Made by a program: the position numbers and the translations under genes. The notes under the pieces are model-generated. The model did no database searches and was not told the origin of the DNA. It saw nothing but the letters and a program-made list of their open reading frames with translations. Below, in pieces: positions 26,717-40,387 of a DNA stretch of 64,000 nt. The stretch comes from Chiloscyllium plagiosum (lineage: Eukaryota), in the NCBI RefSeq assembly GCF_004010195.1, contig NC_057756.1, positions 3,752,785 through 3,816,784 on the forward strand. The letters run 5' to 3'. The stretch's first letter is position 1, and every line of letters begins with the position of its first letter.

Positions 26717-27216
26717 NNNNNNNNNNNNNNNNNNNNNNNNNNNNNNNNNNNNNNNNNNNNNNNNNNNNNNNNNNNNNNNNNNNNNNNNNNNNNNNNNNNN
26801 NNNNNNNNNNNNNNNNNNNNNNNNNNNNNNNNNNNNNNNNNNNNNNNNNNNNNNNNNNNNNNNNNNNNNNNNNNNNNNNNNNNNNNNNNNNNNNNNNNNN
26901 NNNNNNNNNNNNNNNNNNNNNNNNNNNNNNNNNNNNNNNNNNNNNNNNNNNNNNNNNNNNNNNNNNNNNNNNNNNNNNNNNNNNNNNNNNNNNNNNNNNN
27001 NNNNNNNNNNNNNNNNNNNNNNNNNNNNNNNNNNNNNNNNNNNNNNNNNNNNNNNNNNNNNNNNNNNNNNNNNNNNNNNNNNNNNNNNNNNNNNNNNNNN
27101 NNNNNNNNNNNNNNNNNNNNNNNNNNNNNNNNNNNNNNNNNNNNNNNNNNNNNNNNNNNNNNNNNNNNNNNNNNNNNNNNNNNNNNNNNNNNNNNNNNNN
27201 NNNNNNNNNNNNNNNN
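26717..27216. other. Assembly gap (500 N)
   Basis: Run of N. Confidence 1.
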
Positions 27217-27709
27217 CCAAAGGCAGTTAACATTAAAAGGTAAACAAGTTATGCTGGCATTGATTGCAAGAAATTATGAAATATCACAGAAACCAAAACT
27301 ACCAAAGTTAATCCGCATTTTAGAGAAGGGCAGAATGATAAGTCCAAAACCTTAATTTTCCTTCTTTGCCTCCAGTTACTTCTGGACCCATTGACTTTGT
27401 ATTCGGTTTTCAAACTTATAGAATCCACACTGTGTTTTTGATTTGGTTAAACAGTCATTCATTTTCTAAAGAGGAGAAATGAAGATCAATGAAAACAAGT
27501 TTTTGAATACGGCTTTTAAGCATGTGTGGTAATTGACTTTTGCGAAGTTCGCTGTGTTTCTTGGGAAATCAGAAAATAATTTTTATGAGTGTCACTCTAA
27601 CAAATAATATGATCAGACAAAACAGTTTAGTGAGTGACGTCATTTTAATTGTTGAAATGGCAGAAAGTATGAACTTGTGGGAGAAGAAAAGAATTACAGA
27701 GACTAATGG

Positions 27710-28755
27710 ACCTGGTCACAGGCCTCCAGTCTGAAAAACAACCTTACACCACCACCCTTTGTCTTCTATCTTTGAGCCAGTTCTCTATTCAAATGGGTAG
27801 TTCACCCTGTATTCCGTGAAATCTAACCTTGCTCACCAGTCTCCCATGGGGACCCTTGTCGAAGGTCTTACTGAAGTCCATATAGATCACACCTACAACT
27901 CCGCACTCATAAATCCTTTTTGTTACTCCTTCAAAAAACTCAATCAAGTTTGTGAGGCATAATATCCCACACACAAAGCCATGTTAACTATCCCTAATTA
28001 GTCCTTACCTTTCCAAATACATGCCCATCTTGTCCCTCAGTATTCCCTCCAACAACTTGCCCACCACCGACGTCAGGTTCACTAGTTTATAGTTCCCTGG
28101 CTTGTACTAACCACTCTTCTTAAACAGTGGCACTCCATTAGCAAATCTCCAGTCTTCCGGCACCTCACGTGTGACTATCGATGATTTAAACATCTCAGCT
28201 AAAGGCCCAGCAATTACTTCGTTAGCTTTCCACAGAGTTTCAGGGTACACCTGATCATGTCCTGAGGATTTATCCACCTTTATGTTTTTCAAGACATCCA
28301 GCACTTCCTCCTTGGTAACACGGACATTTTTTCAAGTTGTCACCATTCTATATCTTTCATGTCCTTTTCCACAGAAAATACTGATGGAAAATACTCGTTT
28401 AGCATCTCCCCCATTTTCTACGGCTCCGCACAAAGGCCGCCTTGCTAATCTTTGTGGGGTCCTATTCTCTCCCTTGTGACCCTTTTGTCCTTAATGCATT
28501 TGTTGAAACCCTTTCGATTCTCTTTAACTCTATTTGCCAAAGCTATCTCATGTCCATGTTTGCCCTCCTGATTTCCTCTTAAGTGTACTCCTGCTGCATT
28601 TATACTCCTCCAAGGATTCACTTGATCTCTCCTGTCTATATCTGACATGTACTTCCTTCTTTTTTTTAATGAAACCCTCATTTTCCTTCATCATCCCGCA
28701 TTCCCTATACCTACCATCCTTTCCTTTCACCCTAACAGGAATGTCATGTCTCTGG
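27710..28755 (-). mobile_element. CR1/HER1 LINE internal ORF2 fragment
   Basis: CLTNLIEFFEGVTKRI...DFSKTFDKGPHGRL, VDKSSGHDQVYP...VPEDWRFANGVPLFKK. Confidence 0.9.
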
Positions 28756-28769
28756 ATTCTTGTTGTCCA

Positions 28770-29017
28770 GACAAATTCTTTTCCCTGATGTGGGTGAGTC
28801 CAGAAATAGAGGGTATAGGTTTAGGGTGAGAGGAGAAATATATAAAAGAAACCTAAGAGACAACTTTTTCACGGAGAGGGTGGTGCGTGTATGGAATGAG
28901 CTGTCAGCAGAAGTGGTGGAGGCTTGAAAAATTGCGACATTTTAACGTCTAGTCGATATAGACGGGTTGGATCGATGGGTTTTTTTTCTGTGCTGTACAT
29001 CTCTATGACTCTATGAT
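28770..29017 (+). mobile_element. CR1/HER1 3' end fragment
   Basis: gagagggtggtgcgtgtatggaatgagctg...gtgctgtacatctctatgactctatga (typical tail). Confidence 0.85.
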
Positions 29018-31249
29018 TGCAAATTTTGCAGTTGGTAAGCAATCAGTAGCATGCTGTAGCTTTTCATTCAGCACATATCAGCATTGTATGTGGATCAGTA
29101 TGTGCAGGTTTGAATATGTCAGAGCAAATTTCTGTGGCGAAAATCAATGTTGCAGTGATACCTTACCTCTACACAACATAAGAAAGAATACGATACATTG
29201 AGCCAAAATGTTTTACAGAGAATCAACAACAAAGCTGCTTTGCAAGTTGACAAAATGGCAATGCCAAATAATTTGATCAAACATTTGTAATCAATATTTT
29301 GTATCTGAACATTTTTAAATGGTTGCGGTGCCAAATATTTAAGATAATAATGAATGTATTTCCCTGGGAATTTGTAATAAAGTTTTTGTTAAAATTATGG
29401 AGGAGCTGAAAACAACAAACGTTATTGTAAAACGAAAATATCACATGAAATAGCCATTGTGCATATTTTGGTCTTCTGCCTTTTTCGATCATGCAAACAT
29501 GTTTGACACACAATAATTTTTTAAAATCATTTTCTTTCGTATAATGACTATTCAATCTCAAAACAAAAGAGGAAGGTACGTCTTAGCATTGTAAAGTTTC
29601 TTTATTCTCCTGTTCTGATAATGTATGTGACCATCCATTCATATTTTTTGATATGCATTTCTATTAATCATCAGGTAAATGAAGAAGTTATAATAAAATT
29701 CCACCTGAAAAATGCAATTATGCAGTAATATTGACTAACTTGAAGTGAGCTGTATTTTATCATTGTGGAACTAATAATTTACTGTATCACAAGTATAATA
29801 CAAAGGTATGATGTTAAAAATAACCCAACTTGGAAGCCGAAATGCACATTTTAAAAATAAACTCTCAGACAAAATTTACAACGGTATGCCGCTGTAATTT
29901 GCACACATAAGTGTCCAGACAGATAAATGTATCATGAGAACTGCTGAAAAAGCTAGCGTATCGTCATTGATAGAGTGATGCAATCTTGGGGTGGGCTAAC
30001 CAGGTATGGCAAAGTGAACCAAGGATAAAATTGTGTTATTGAGTTCGAATGAATGACTTTTCATGATCCCATTCATAACCCAGTATTCAAACTTGAAATC
30101 TTTGCTCATGACCCACAAAAAAAATCACAGTTTCTATTTTTATACTCCACTTTCTCTTCGGTCGACATAGTGCAATGGTTCACAAACAATTCACTTCTCC
30201 ATATCAAAATTGAAAAATGCATAATTTTGTACTATAATCATCAGAATTGGGTCTGTTGACAAGTATTCATGTTTAAGGAGGAATCAAAGCGTTTCTAAAC
30301 TAAGTAGACAAGAAACAAAAAAAGAATCTACCTCTTATTCGACAAGAGAATACAGGAGTAATTAAACCAACGTTGTCTGTGGAACAAAAATGAAAAGAAT
30401 TGCATCATTTACTGAGACAGACAAAGTCTGTGAGAGAAAGGGAAAAACAAAGACACAGATAGACAGGCAGAGAGAGATGCAGAGTCAGAAAGAAAAATAA
30501 GTTATCACACATTCGCCTTAAGCTGATGAAAGATGTGTGTATTGAAACTTAGATAAATAGAAAACAAAATGTATAGGGATATAACTGGAGACAAAAGTAA
30601 GAACACAAAATGTTAAAGTAAGGAACGTAATTTATTAGGCAAAGAATTAGCTAGAAAAGAAAGAGAGATGCCAATGTGAATGATCAGATCGACAGGAGTA
30701 ATCCCAGAATTATACACGACGTGACCGTTATCACTTGATAATTTGGTTATCTGCAATTCTCGTCATAACCCTTGTTTTAAACGCCTCAATATTGTAAAAT
30801 GTCAGTTTGCTATTGGAATTCTCATTCTCAGTGAAGAAATCTATCTTCCCCGTGTTAACGTCTTAAGGAAACTGAGCTCCGCCATCTTGCCGAGTTTGGC
30901 TTATGTTTATGTATTGCTTAATAAAGAAACAGCGCTAGTGAGTTATCACCTGATTTAATCGTAAGTATAAACTGTTTCTCAATGTATATATGAATTGTAA
31001 ATATTAAACTTATGAATCTTACAATATGGCACATCTCTTGCCGTTTTCTACGTAGACTCTATCTCACTGAGTGTGTAACAGGTTTAATTTTATACAATTC
31101 ATATGTACATTGATAAATAATTTATACATATGATATTCTGCTTCCAATGATCTTTTTTAGCTTTGCCTTCATGGACATCGCCTTTGTATTATCTCCATTC
31201 TGCAAAAATGACATAGGTGCAGACTATCTGTAGGTGGAAAATCAATATC

Positions 31250-31387
31250 AAAGCTTTGACAAATGGTCAGTTAGATTCGAAACGTCAGCTCTTTTCTCTC
31301 CTTACAGATACTGCCAGACCTGCTGGGATTTTCCAGCTTTTTCTCCTTTGGTTTCAGATTTCAGCATCCACAGTAATTTGCTTTTAT
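31250..31387 (+). mobile_element. PLE terminal fragment with a degenerate hammerhead
   Basis: agct-TTGACAA-atggtc..gattc-GAAA-cgtc-agct, followed by an arm related to the fold-back elements (gacctgctg...ttttccagc...cagcatc). Confidence 0.6.
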
Positions 31388-34300
31388 ATAGATATCATCA
31401 CATCTGTGTTCGAATTCGAGTGTGTACATGTTGATCAATTACAATCTACTGACAGTTTAATTTAAATACATTTCTGAACACGAAAGCCCGAACCCATTGT
31501 GAAAAGCTTCTATCAGAAAGCGGTGAGTTTTTCTTTTAATAAATTTCAGCAATCCGTTATAATGACAAATGAACTGTTTATTTGTTACGATGATAATCAG
31601 GATTCACAGAAAAATATTTCGTTGACAGCCTATCATTAAGCCATCTGACATTTTTTTTCTGTGCAGCCCAAATGCCACTTCAATTGAAGAAAAGAATAAT
31701 TTTCCAAAAGCTCATCATGATTTTCAATAAATGGTTTCGTGGTCACTCTGAGAAGTGCAGACAACATGATTATTTTTCATTTTATGAGCATGAATTGCAA
31801 TTTTGTCATCAGACTTAAGAAAGTTGGAAAATATAATTTATTTTGTTTAATTTGATACGTAATAATTGTTGTGCCATTTATTTGATTCGCCCCATTGTAG
31901 AACCCATTAAAATGGTGAAATATTACGACATTGAATGACGAAATTCTTGGGGCCAAGTCTGAATCAGCACCGTGAAAGAATAATAATTTGCATCCCAAAG
32001 TTCTGGCTTGCTGTGCGCATCAAACGTTCTGTGCCAAAAGTGCGATGCAGCAAAGAGATAACGATAGTGCAACTCCTTCAATTAAATCTGCAACAAAATA
32101 AATGAATAAAATTGATAACTCGAAATGCGATTTTGGACATACAGGAAGTATTGAACAACTGAGTGAATATTTCTGGAAAATGCTGACATGAATCCAAGCT
32201 TTTATTTTAGTAGATATTATGCGGAGGCAATTTCAAACAACAACAAAAATGCAACTGCTCAATTTTAAGTGGTGCATGATGCATCTTTTTGAAATAAAGA
32301 ACGATTTTCTGTAATTAGTTCGGTTTACTACAACAGTTCCGTTTAATGGTAGATCCAAACGTTAGTTGCTCTATTACCTAGCATACCTGGACAAAAATGG
32401 ATTTATTTGGTGAGTTGTGGTTTTACATAGAAAGACATTTGTGTGCAGGTAACAGGATGGAATGTTTAGAACAATCGAATATTTTCTCTTGATTTCAGAT
32501 TACGCTTAGGTTATCCAATCACAGACTAGTGTGAACATACCAGTAGTTAAAATTTAATCTAAAGAAAGAAGCTTACCTTATCCCTTAAAGAGTGTATAGA
32601 GCAACATCATTACAAATATTAGTTAGCCTATCAGGCGTCACGTCGTTGATTATTAAAACTACTGGCATAATTTGATCCATTTCTGCTTGACGAATGTTTA
32701 CTGGCATCTTAGAGAAATAGGAGTCACAATGGAATCCAATGAATAATGAAAAAAACTTGAGAAGATATGTTGTGACATCCATCATAGTTGGGTACCATCA
32801 CATTGGTTTACCATAATTGATCTGGACAGGGTAACCTTTAGACAACTTGTTGACATTCTGCAGAATTATGGAATGCAACACAATTCGAAAACTGGCGTGT
32901 AACAATAGAGCGAGAACATGATGCACAATCTACATTGTACAATGTAAGAAAAATGGAGTTATTGGAACTTCAGATCGGCAATGGAAGAGGATGCAAAATA
33001 TTCTGAAGTACTGAATAACTAAACAGACAATTCATAAAATTATTCACTAGTAAACATGTAGAGGCACCTTAATACTCAGAACTCGAGTGCAAAGCCAAAT
33101 TATACGTTTATTTATTTGATTTCTTCTTCTTGGGTTTCTCCTTATCATAAAGTAAATCATGAGTGTTAGCAATCAATTATTCTGAAATAATTCGTGGAAA
33201 TGAAAAATTAATAATGATGACGTTTGATGTATTAAAGTATTAATTCGGTCGTTGATAACAACAAACACTGCAAATGAGAGAAATTCATTGCATTTTTTAA
33301 TTTGTATAATATACAGACGCAGACCGATTGAAAGACATTATAAAATTAAAAGGTCAGCAATTCATGCATTTCTTCATCAATATTTCGAATAAGAGTTGGA
33401 GTTAAAATACATAGTATATTCACTGCGAAGAAAGCAAGAATGCGTTTAAACATATGTTTTAATCTTCATTTTACGATCTAGTAAAATCTGTGCAATAGTT
33501 AATTATTCATAAGACAAAGGTTCTTCGGAGTATTTGTGCATGAAACGACAAATTCTCTATTTTACTTTTTACAATAATGTGCTTGGGATTAGCAAATACC
33601 TCTGAATATTAATGTTTTCATGATGAAGAAAGGTGATTCGGCTGCATGTGCATAATAGATTTCTGAAACTGATGGGCTGAAGGTTGTTACATTATTTTCT
33701 CGTGTTTTGTTTCCATATGATGATACTGCTGTTGAAAATAACAAGATTTTGGTAGGCAATTTTCCCTCTGGTATTTCTGATACATGTTATTCAAAGTCGT
33801 GTGTTTCATATTCACTGACGACAGCACAGACCTTGAAGATTCAACACTGCAGCAACTAACAACACTGATGTTTAAATACGGCATACTATGCATGTCCAGT
33901 TGGTGCACGAAATATAACCGCAAAAGAATTTATGTCACGTCCCATATTTATCAATGTTAAACTACTGTCAGTTCTTCATTATCTTAGCCTAGCAAACATC
34001 TTTCGCTTACTCGGAAATGTTATGTATTTGAAAGGTCTTAGATATGCACATTGTGTGCAATAACTATTACATTTTAATCTCTTATTGGGTGTGATCCTCA
34101 TTTTATGCAAGATTAACTGCAATGGGATAAAAAAAATGAAGAGATTGATCCTGTTTTCTATCCTGTCGTTTTACTTTTATGACCACTCTGAGTATTCGTT
34201 ATATCATTTCTCACAAGATCACTGAAGCTTTGAACTTTTGGATCTGTCTCTCTGTTGTGTCACACAATTAACATTGTTTCAGGTCTGCGGTGTTGTTCGT

Positions 34301-35863
34301 AATGTTCATCGCTATTGTCATCCAGAGATCAATATTTTAACTCCAGTACATTAAGTTCCACTTATGAGGTTTTATTATTGAAATGCATACTTCTGATATA
34401 TTTATTCATAATATTCTGTTGTTCTTCTTGCTTAACGCTCACTGCTAAGCTCACGTCTATTTAATGGATTAACGATTTTAATCTCTGAATTGATGGTTAC
34501 GATGTCCTATCTAATTTACTCGCCACTAAGAGGTTCAAGACATACCTTTCAGAGCATATTAGGGATACACATTCAGTGTTGGCTTGAGGAATAGTCAACG
34601 CATTCCTCGAAGAATTCACAACAATATTAGTGTTTCTATCTTTTTACTTATTAGTGGGCACGTGCTGTTGTGATTGCTGACACGAAGCAACTGTTGATTG
34701 AAAGTATATAGTATTCAATAGAAATGCATAAAATGCTCATTTCAGATTACAAGCAAATAATTTATCAAATTTTGTTGAATAAATCCCTTGTGATTTTGAT
34801 AGAATGATCGGCAGCCAATTGACCACAATGCTGAAAAGGTTTGCCAGATCCTTACAATTAAAAGTGACTTACATTGGCATCGAGTGACTGAACACGCAAG
34901 TTTTGCAGAACAAGAGGGAGGACAAGTTGAAAGGCAATGTGAGAACTGCGTTCATAACTCTTAAAACATAGTCCCAGAGGTCTGGAACACATGGAAAGGC
35001 CCTTGGCCCAAAGAATCCATGCCGATCAAAATTTCTGTCCACACTAACCTCATGTCTCTGCACATGGCCCATATCTTTCTAATACTTTCGTGTCTATGTA
35101 TTTGTCCAAAAAAGCTCATTCCATCTGCTTACCCCACTCTCTGTAAAATGTTGCCCCTTAGATTCTCTTTTATTCTTTCCACTTTGTACTTATACTGATG
35201 CCGTCTATTCCAGGATTCCCAAACCGTGGGAAACACACGATGTGTATTCTCTCTTTGAATACGATCATCATCTTAAACAGTTCTATAATCTCCCCCTCTC
35301 ACTCTCCTACACGAAACAAGTCCTAGTTTGCCCACATTTTCCCTAATTCTCAGAACACTGTGTCCATGAAACAGCCATGTAAATTGCTTCTGCACTCTTT
35401 CCAAATTTAATAATATTCTTCCTATTACAAGGTGACCAAAACTGGTCACAATAATCCAAGTGCGGCCTTGACAACGTCATTTACAACATATAACATAACT
35501 TCACAAGTGCGAGACACAGTGCTCTGACTGATGAAGGCCAGTTTGCTAAAAACCTTCTTCACTGCCCTGTTTACTCATGCTTCACTTTCAGAGAGACGTG
35601 GACGTGAACTCCATGATTCTGCTGTTCCAATCCACTCCTTAAGATTTAACCATTCACCATGAAACTAACTTCTTCGAATTGACTTTCTAAAATCCAAGAC
35701 CACACAATTATCAGTGTTCAATTCCATTTGCCATTTATAAGTCCATTTTCCCAGTTGATCAAGCCTCTGGTGTGGATCCTGACTATCTTCCTCACCGTCC
35801 ATGATACCATGTATTATACCGTCATCTAGCCACTTCACAACCATGCCTTCAACATTGAATAGG

Positions 35864-36176
35864 TTAGATTAGATTCCCTCCAGTGTGGAAACAGGCCCTT
35901 CGACCCAACCAGTTCACACCGACCCTCCAAAGAGTAACCCACTGACTCATTTCCCCTCCGAATAATGCACCTAACACTATGGAAAACTTTGCATGACGAA
36001 TTCACCTGACTTAGATGCTTTCGGACTGTGGGAGGAAATCGGAGCACCCGGAGCAAACCCACGCAGACACGGGGAGAATGTGGAAACTTCGTACAGACAG
36101 TCATCCGAGCCTGAATCGTCCTGGGCCCCTGGTGCTGTGAGGCAGCAGTGCTAACCACTGAGTCACTGTTCCGCCC
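35864..36176 (-). mobile_element. HE1-type SINE, full length
   Basis: tRNA-like head with ...ctcagtggttagcactgctgcctcacagc; flanked by aatagg at 35858-35863 and 36177-36182. Confidence 0.9.
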
Positions 36177-36616
36177 AATAGGCTAGAGCAGTTTTGCCTG
36201 GAGCATCGAAGGTTGAGGGATGAACTTATGGAGCTTTATGAAATCATAAGGGGCTTCGAAAGGATAAACAGAGAAAGTATTTTCCTTGGGTGGGAGTAGG
36301 GATTTCAAAACGAGAGGGCATAGGTTTAGTGTGAGAGTGGAAAGATATAAAACGGACGTAATGGGAAATTTTTTAAAGCAGAGGGTGGTATGTGTATGGA
36401 ATGAGCTGCCAGAGGAAGTGGTGGAGACGAGTACAATTGTAACATTTAAAAGGCATCTCGTTGGGTGCATGAATCGGAAGGGTTTGGAGGGATATTACCC
36501 GAGTTCTAGGTGGGACTAGATTGGGTTGGGACACCTGGTCGGCATGGACAAGTTGGATTGATGGGTCCATTTCAGTGCTGTACGTCTCTTTGAATCTATT
36601 TTAGACTCTATGACTC
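36177..36616 (+). mobile_element. CR1/HER1 3' fragment
   Basis: KTRGHRFSVR...NFLKQRVVCVWNELPEEVVE; tail gactctatgactc. Confidence 0.9.
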
Positions 36617-36889
36617 ATTGATATGGATAGCAAACAACAAAGGGCCCAGCACCGATCTCTGAGGCCTTCCTGTACTTGTAGTTCTCCAGTCAGATAAGCA
36701 TTCTTCTACTTTTACTCTCTGTTTTACACCATCAAGTCAACTTTGCATACATTTTGCCTGCTCGCCCAAGATTCCATATGAAGTCACCTTCCAGAGCAGC
36801 TGACCATGTGGAACCTTATGAAGGGCCTTACTAAAATCCATGTAGACTATGTCCAACTCTGCCCTTGTCAACCATCCTGGTCACTGATT

Positions 36890-37692
36890 GCGTCATCGAG
36901 TCACAGAGATGTGCAGCATGGAAACAAACCCTTCAGTCCAACTCATCTATCACGTGCAGATATCCCAAACGAATCTCGAACCAACTGGAAGCACCCGGCC
37001 CACGTCGTTCCAAAGCCTTCCTATCCATATACCCATCCAGATGCCTGTGAAATGTTGCATTTGCACGAACCTCCTCCACTTCCTCTGCCAGTCCATTCCA
37101 TACACATACCGTGCTCTGCGTGAAAAAAAACTTGTTCTTAAAGTCTCGTTTTTGTCTTTCCCCTCTCAGCCGAAACCTAGGACGTCTTGTTCTGGTCTCC
37201 TTTAACCCCAGGGAAAAGAGTTTGTATATTTATCATATCCTGCCGCTCGTGTTTTTTTATAACCCTCAGTCTCCGACTCTACTGGGAAAACAGAATAAGG
37301 CTAATCAACCTCTCCCGATAGCTCAAATCCTCCAATCCTGGAAACATCATGATAAATCGTTTCTGAACTCTTTCAAGTTTCACAACATCCTTCTGAGATG
37401 AAGGAGATCAGAATGTTATGCAATATTCTAAAAAGTGACCTAACCAATATCTTGTATAGTCGTAACATGACCTCCCAACTCCTGTACTCAATACTCTGAC
37501 CAATAAAGGAAAGCTAACCAAACGCCTTCTTCACTATCCTCTCTACCTACGACTTCATTTTCAAGGAGATATGAACCTCCACTACAAGGGTTCTTTGTTC
37601 AGCAACACTCCCGAAGACCTTGCCATTTCGTGTAAAAGTCCCGCTAAGATTTGCCTCCCTAAATATGCAGCACGTCGCATTTTTCTAAATTG
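36890..37692 (-). mobile_element. CR1/HER1 3' fragment nested in the older CR1
   Basis: Starts with a catcgagtcacagagatg tail and interrupts the host RT between cctggtcact and tcaaagaac. Confidence 0.75.
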
Positions 37693-39125
37693 CAATTCAT
37701 CAAAGAACCCGAAGGAATTTGTGAGGCACGATCTGTCACTCACGAAGCCATGCTGGCAACTCTTAATCAAATCCTGTCTTCAAACTTCGTGTTAATCACA
37801 TCTCTCAGAGTATTCTTAAGCAGCTTACACGCCACAGATGTTAAATTTAGTGGTCCCAGGTTTTTTTTCTTTGTAGTCATTGTTGAGTCATAGCAAGACT
37901 TTTGCTATCTTCCCATCTACCAGAACTTCACTCTTGGCTAACGATGACATAATAATATCAATCAGAGTCTCTTCAATTTCTTCTCTACCCTCTTGCAGTC
38001 TTCTTGGATATATTTAGTCAAGACCAGTCTCCCATAATAAATATGAATAAATATGCATTTACACTGTGCATTTAAGACATGTATTACACCTTACTGGCAA
38101 ATTGTAAGGCTTGTCATCATGAACTGACTCTTTCTCTGAATGACACAGGGATCCAAGGAGCAGGAGTTGGACCGAAAGAGATACAACTATGTGAAGAAAG
38201 GATATAAAATTCACACACTCTTTGGATTAAACAATAATTGTGGAATAGATGTTGAATAAATTTAGAAAGAATAATTTTAGAGAACACTCATTTCTCTTAA
38301 TGACGCTATCATTTTATGCATCGAATAGTCTTTGCAGTGTTGTGCATGTATTTGTGGGTTGAGGTCTTTTTGAGGCAATGAATTTTGGTTGACATTAAAA
38401 TATTGGTCCAGTATTGGTACTTTGACCAACGCCATGGACATTATTTCCCTTCCTTAAACAGAGTTAAGAACAAAGCAAATGTTGGGATCATCATTGAGAA
38501 ACCTAGTAAAACTTAATCAAGTAATGATTGCGTTTTTTGATTCACCACAATAATGGCATATCCACATCTCATTTTGCATATTAAAATAACTCACCTCGTT
38601 GATCTTAGAATTAAACATGAATATCTGCATCTTTCACTCGATCATGTGGCAATAATTTCCTGATTGTCTAAACAAAGAAATTGCGTCCATTTGCTTCGTT
38701 ATTTCTAATTCCCTAAGAGAAATTAAACGGATAGAGTAAGAGAGAGACAAAAAGAGCCTGTGCGTATGTGGGCATCAGAGGGGTTGCGGTGGGGGGGGGG
38801 TGGGGGGGGTGGGGTTGTGCTGGGGTATGGTTGGTATGTGTGAGAGAGACAGACAGACAAACAGATGGAGACATAAAAAGTGAAACACAGACACTGAGGG
38901 ATTGATCGAAGTAAAGCAGGCAGGCACAAGTTTGGGCCATTGGCATGGAAGCCAGACACCCTGCATGTGCAACTCTCGTTTGAAAACAAGGTATCTGTTG
39001 CATGCTATTTCTACATTGTTGTGAGATTTGTTATGGAGCTTGGATGTCACTCACTAATCTGATCTAATCTTCCATAAATATTTCTCTTGCTCATGCTATC
39101 ATTTACATTTTATTAACCCTGACAG

Positions 39126-39146
39126 AAATTGCACAGTGCAGAAACG
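39126..39146 (+). CDS. 21-nt phase-1 heptad micro-exon EIAQCRN
   Basis: ttttattaaccctgacag|AAATTGCACAGTGCAGAAACG|gtaggt. Confidence 0.75.
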
Positions 39147-40064
39147 GTAGGTCTTAGCATTTTGTTTATTCTTCTGGTGATGTAAATATTACAATAAGCT
39201 ACACACTACTCAATGGCAATGCACTATCTACCATTATATATATAAAAAGTGTTTCTTTCTCGGACAATGCAGATAATCAAAAACAGTAAACACTTGTCGT
39301 CCCTTACTCACTTCAACAAAGTGATTTTCTAAGCTTTGCTTTCAAGTCAACAATGTATTTTTGGATTGATGTGAATTAGGTTAAAAGTGAGTGGACATAG
39401 CATATTTCATTAGGGTCTCCACGATACTAATTCATTGACAGTTCTATACAGCTGCTCCTTTCCCATGACGAATAAATCAGCTTGTACTTTTCTGAGGTTA
39501 TTAACTGGCATGTCTTCTTACGACATTGTACCCAGAATGAAAGCTGTGTGCCTGTGCCATTCAACGATACTGTGGTCATTGGTTTAGCTCCAATTCATTT
39601 TATTTTTTTTAATCCGATAAGGTCATCTAGTTCAGATCGGTGGAAGCACAGTAGCATGTCAGGGGAAGGTGTTTTTCTAATGTAGGGACACTTTGCAATA
39701 ATTTGAGATGGAGGTCTGGCATCTGCAAAGGAAGTTCCTTTTCAGTCAATGCTTAATGCTGAATGCAGAGCAAAAAAAGACCTGCAGCAAAGAATTGTAT
39801 TATTGTTTCATGCAGTGGGATAATAATGTGACAAACAGAAAAATAAGAGGGGAGTATGTGAAAACACAAAAGTGGTTTTGGCAGTGTTAGAAGTGCTGAG
39901 TGCCAAATTATTTCAAATGTTTCGAATTTGAAGTATTTGTCTTCCTTTCTTAGGCATGCTGAATTATCTTTTACGATCACAACAACATCAAAAAAAAAAG
40001 TTTGCTTCTTTGTACGTAAGTGTGGGTTTAAAAAAAATTAAAGCTGTTCCTCTTCTTCCATCAG

Positions 40065-40085
40065 AATTGCAAGCTTACAGTGCTG
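40065..40085 (+). CDS. 21-nt phase-1 heptad micro-exon ELQAYSA
   Basis: gttcctcttcttccatcag|AATTGCAAGCTTACAGTGCTG|gtaagc. Confidence 0.8.
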
Positions 40086-40387
40086 GTAAGCATGTAACTG
40101 GTGTTTGTTGTTTAATAAATTTGGTAAATTTATTCAACGCCCATTTGTGTTATGTGTTTCAAATGCAGTGATTTTTTTGAAGTGATAAAATAGTGTGAAA
40201 AAAAGTATATTAGGATATCACTTGTTTGCTTGCAGAAGACAAATTTTTCAACTGTCATTCAATTCAGTCATATAACCAATACGAGTTTAAACTGTTCCCG
40301 CTCATAGCGCAAGAGCGAAACTGGGATGGGACACAATGAAAGCTAACGAGGGCCATAGTGGGAGAGAGAAGAAAAAAAGAAAATGTT

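Larger units (their letters stand above)
34960..38030 (-). mobile_element. Decayed CR1 LINE hosting nested insertions
   Basis: 3' end near 34960-35100, gtcatct (DD motif) near 35820, gggcccagcaccgat (SVLGP) near 36645, CQHGFVSDRSCLTN near 37730-37770. Confidence 0.8.

Noticed and set aside
26546..27355. Long ORFs in the ORF track
   Set aside because: Artefacts of the N gap.
32382..32409. 28-nt AG..GTGAGT segment (and a similar 28-nt one at 44152-44179)
   Set aside because: Length is not a multiple of 3, so either would frameshift the heptad array.
38779..38825. G-rich tract with G-quadruplex potential
   Set aside because: Simple low-complexity run with no supporting context.
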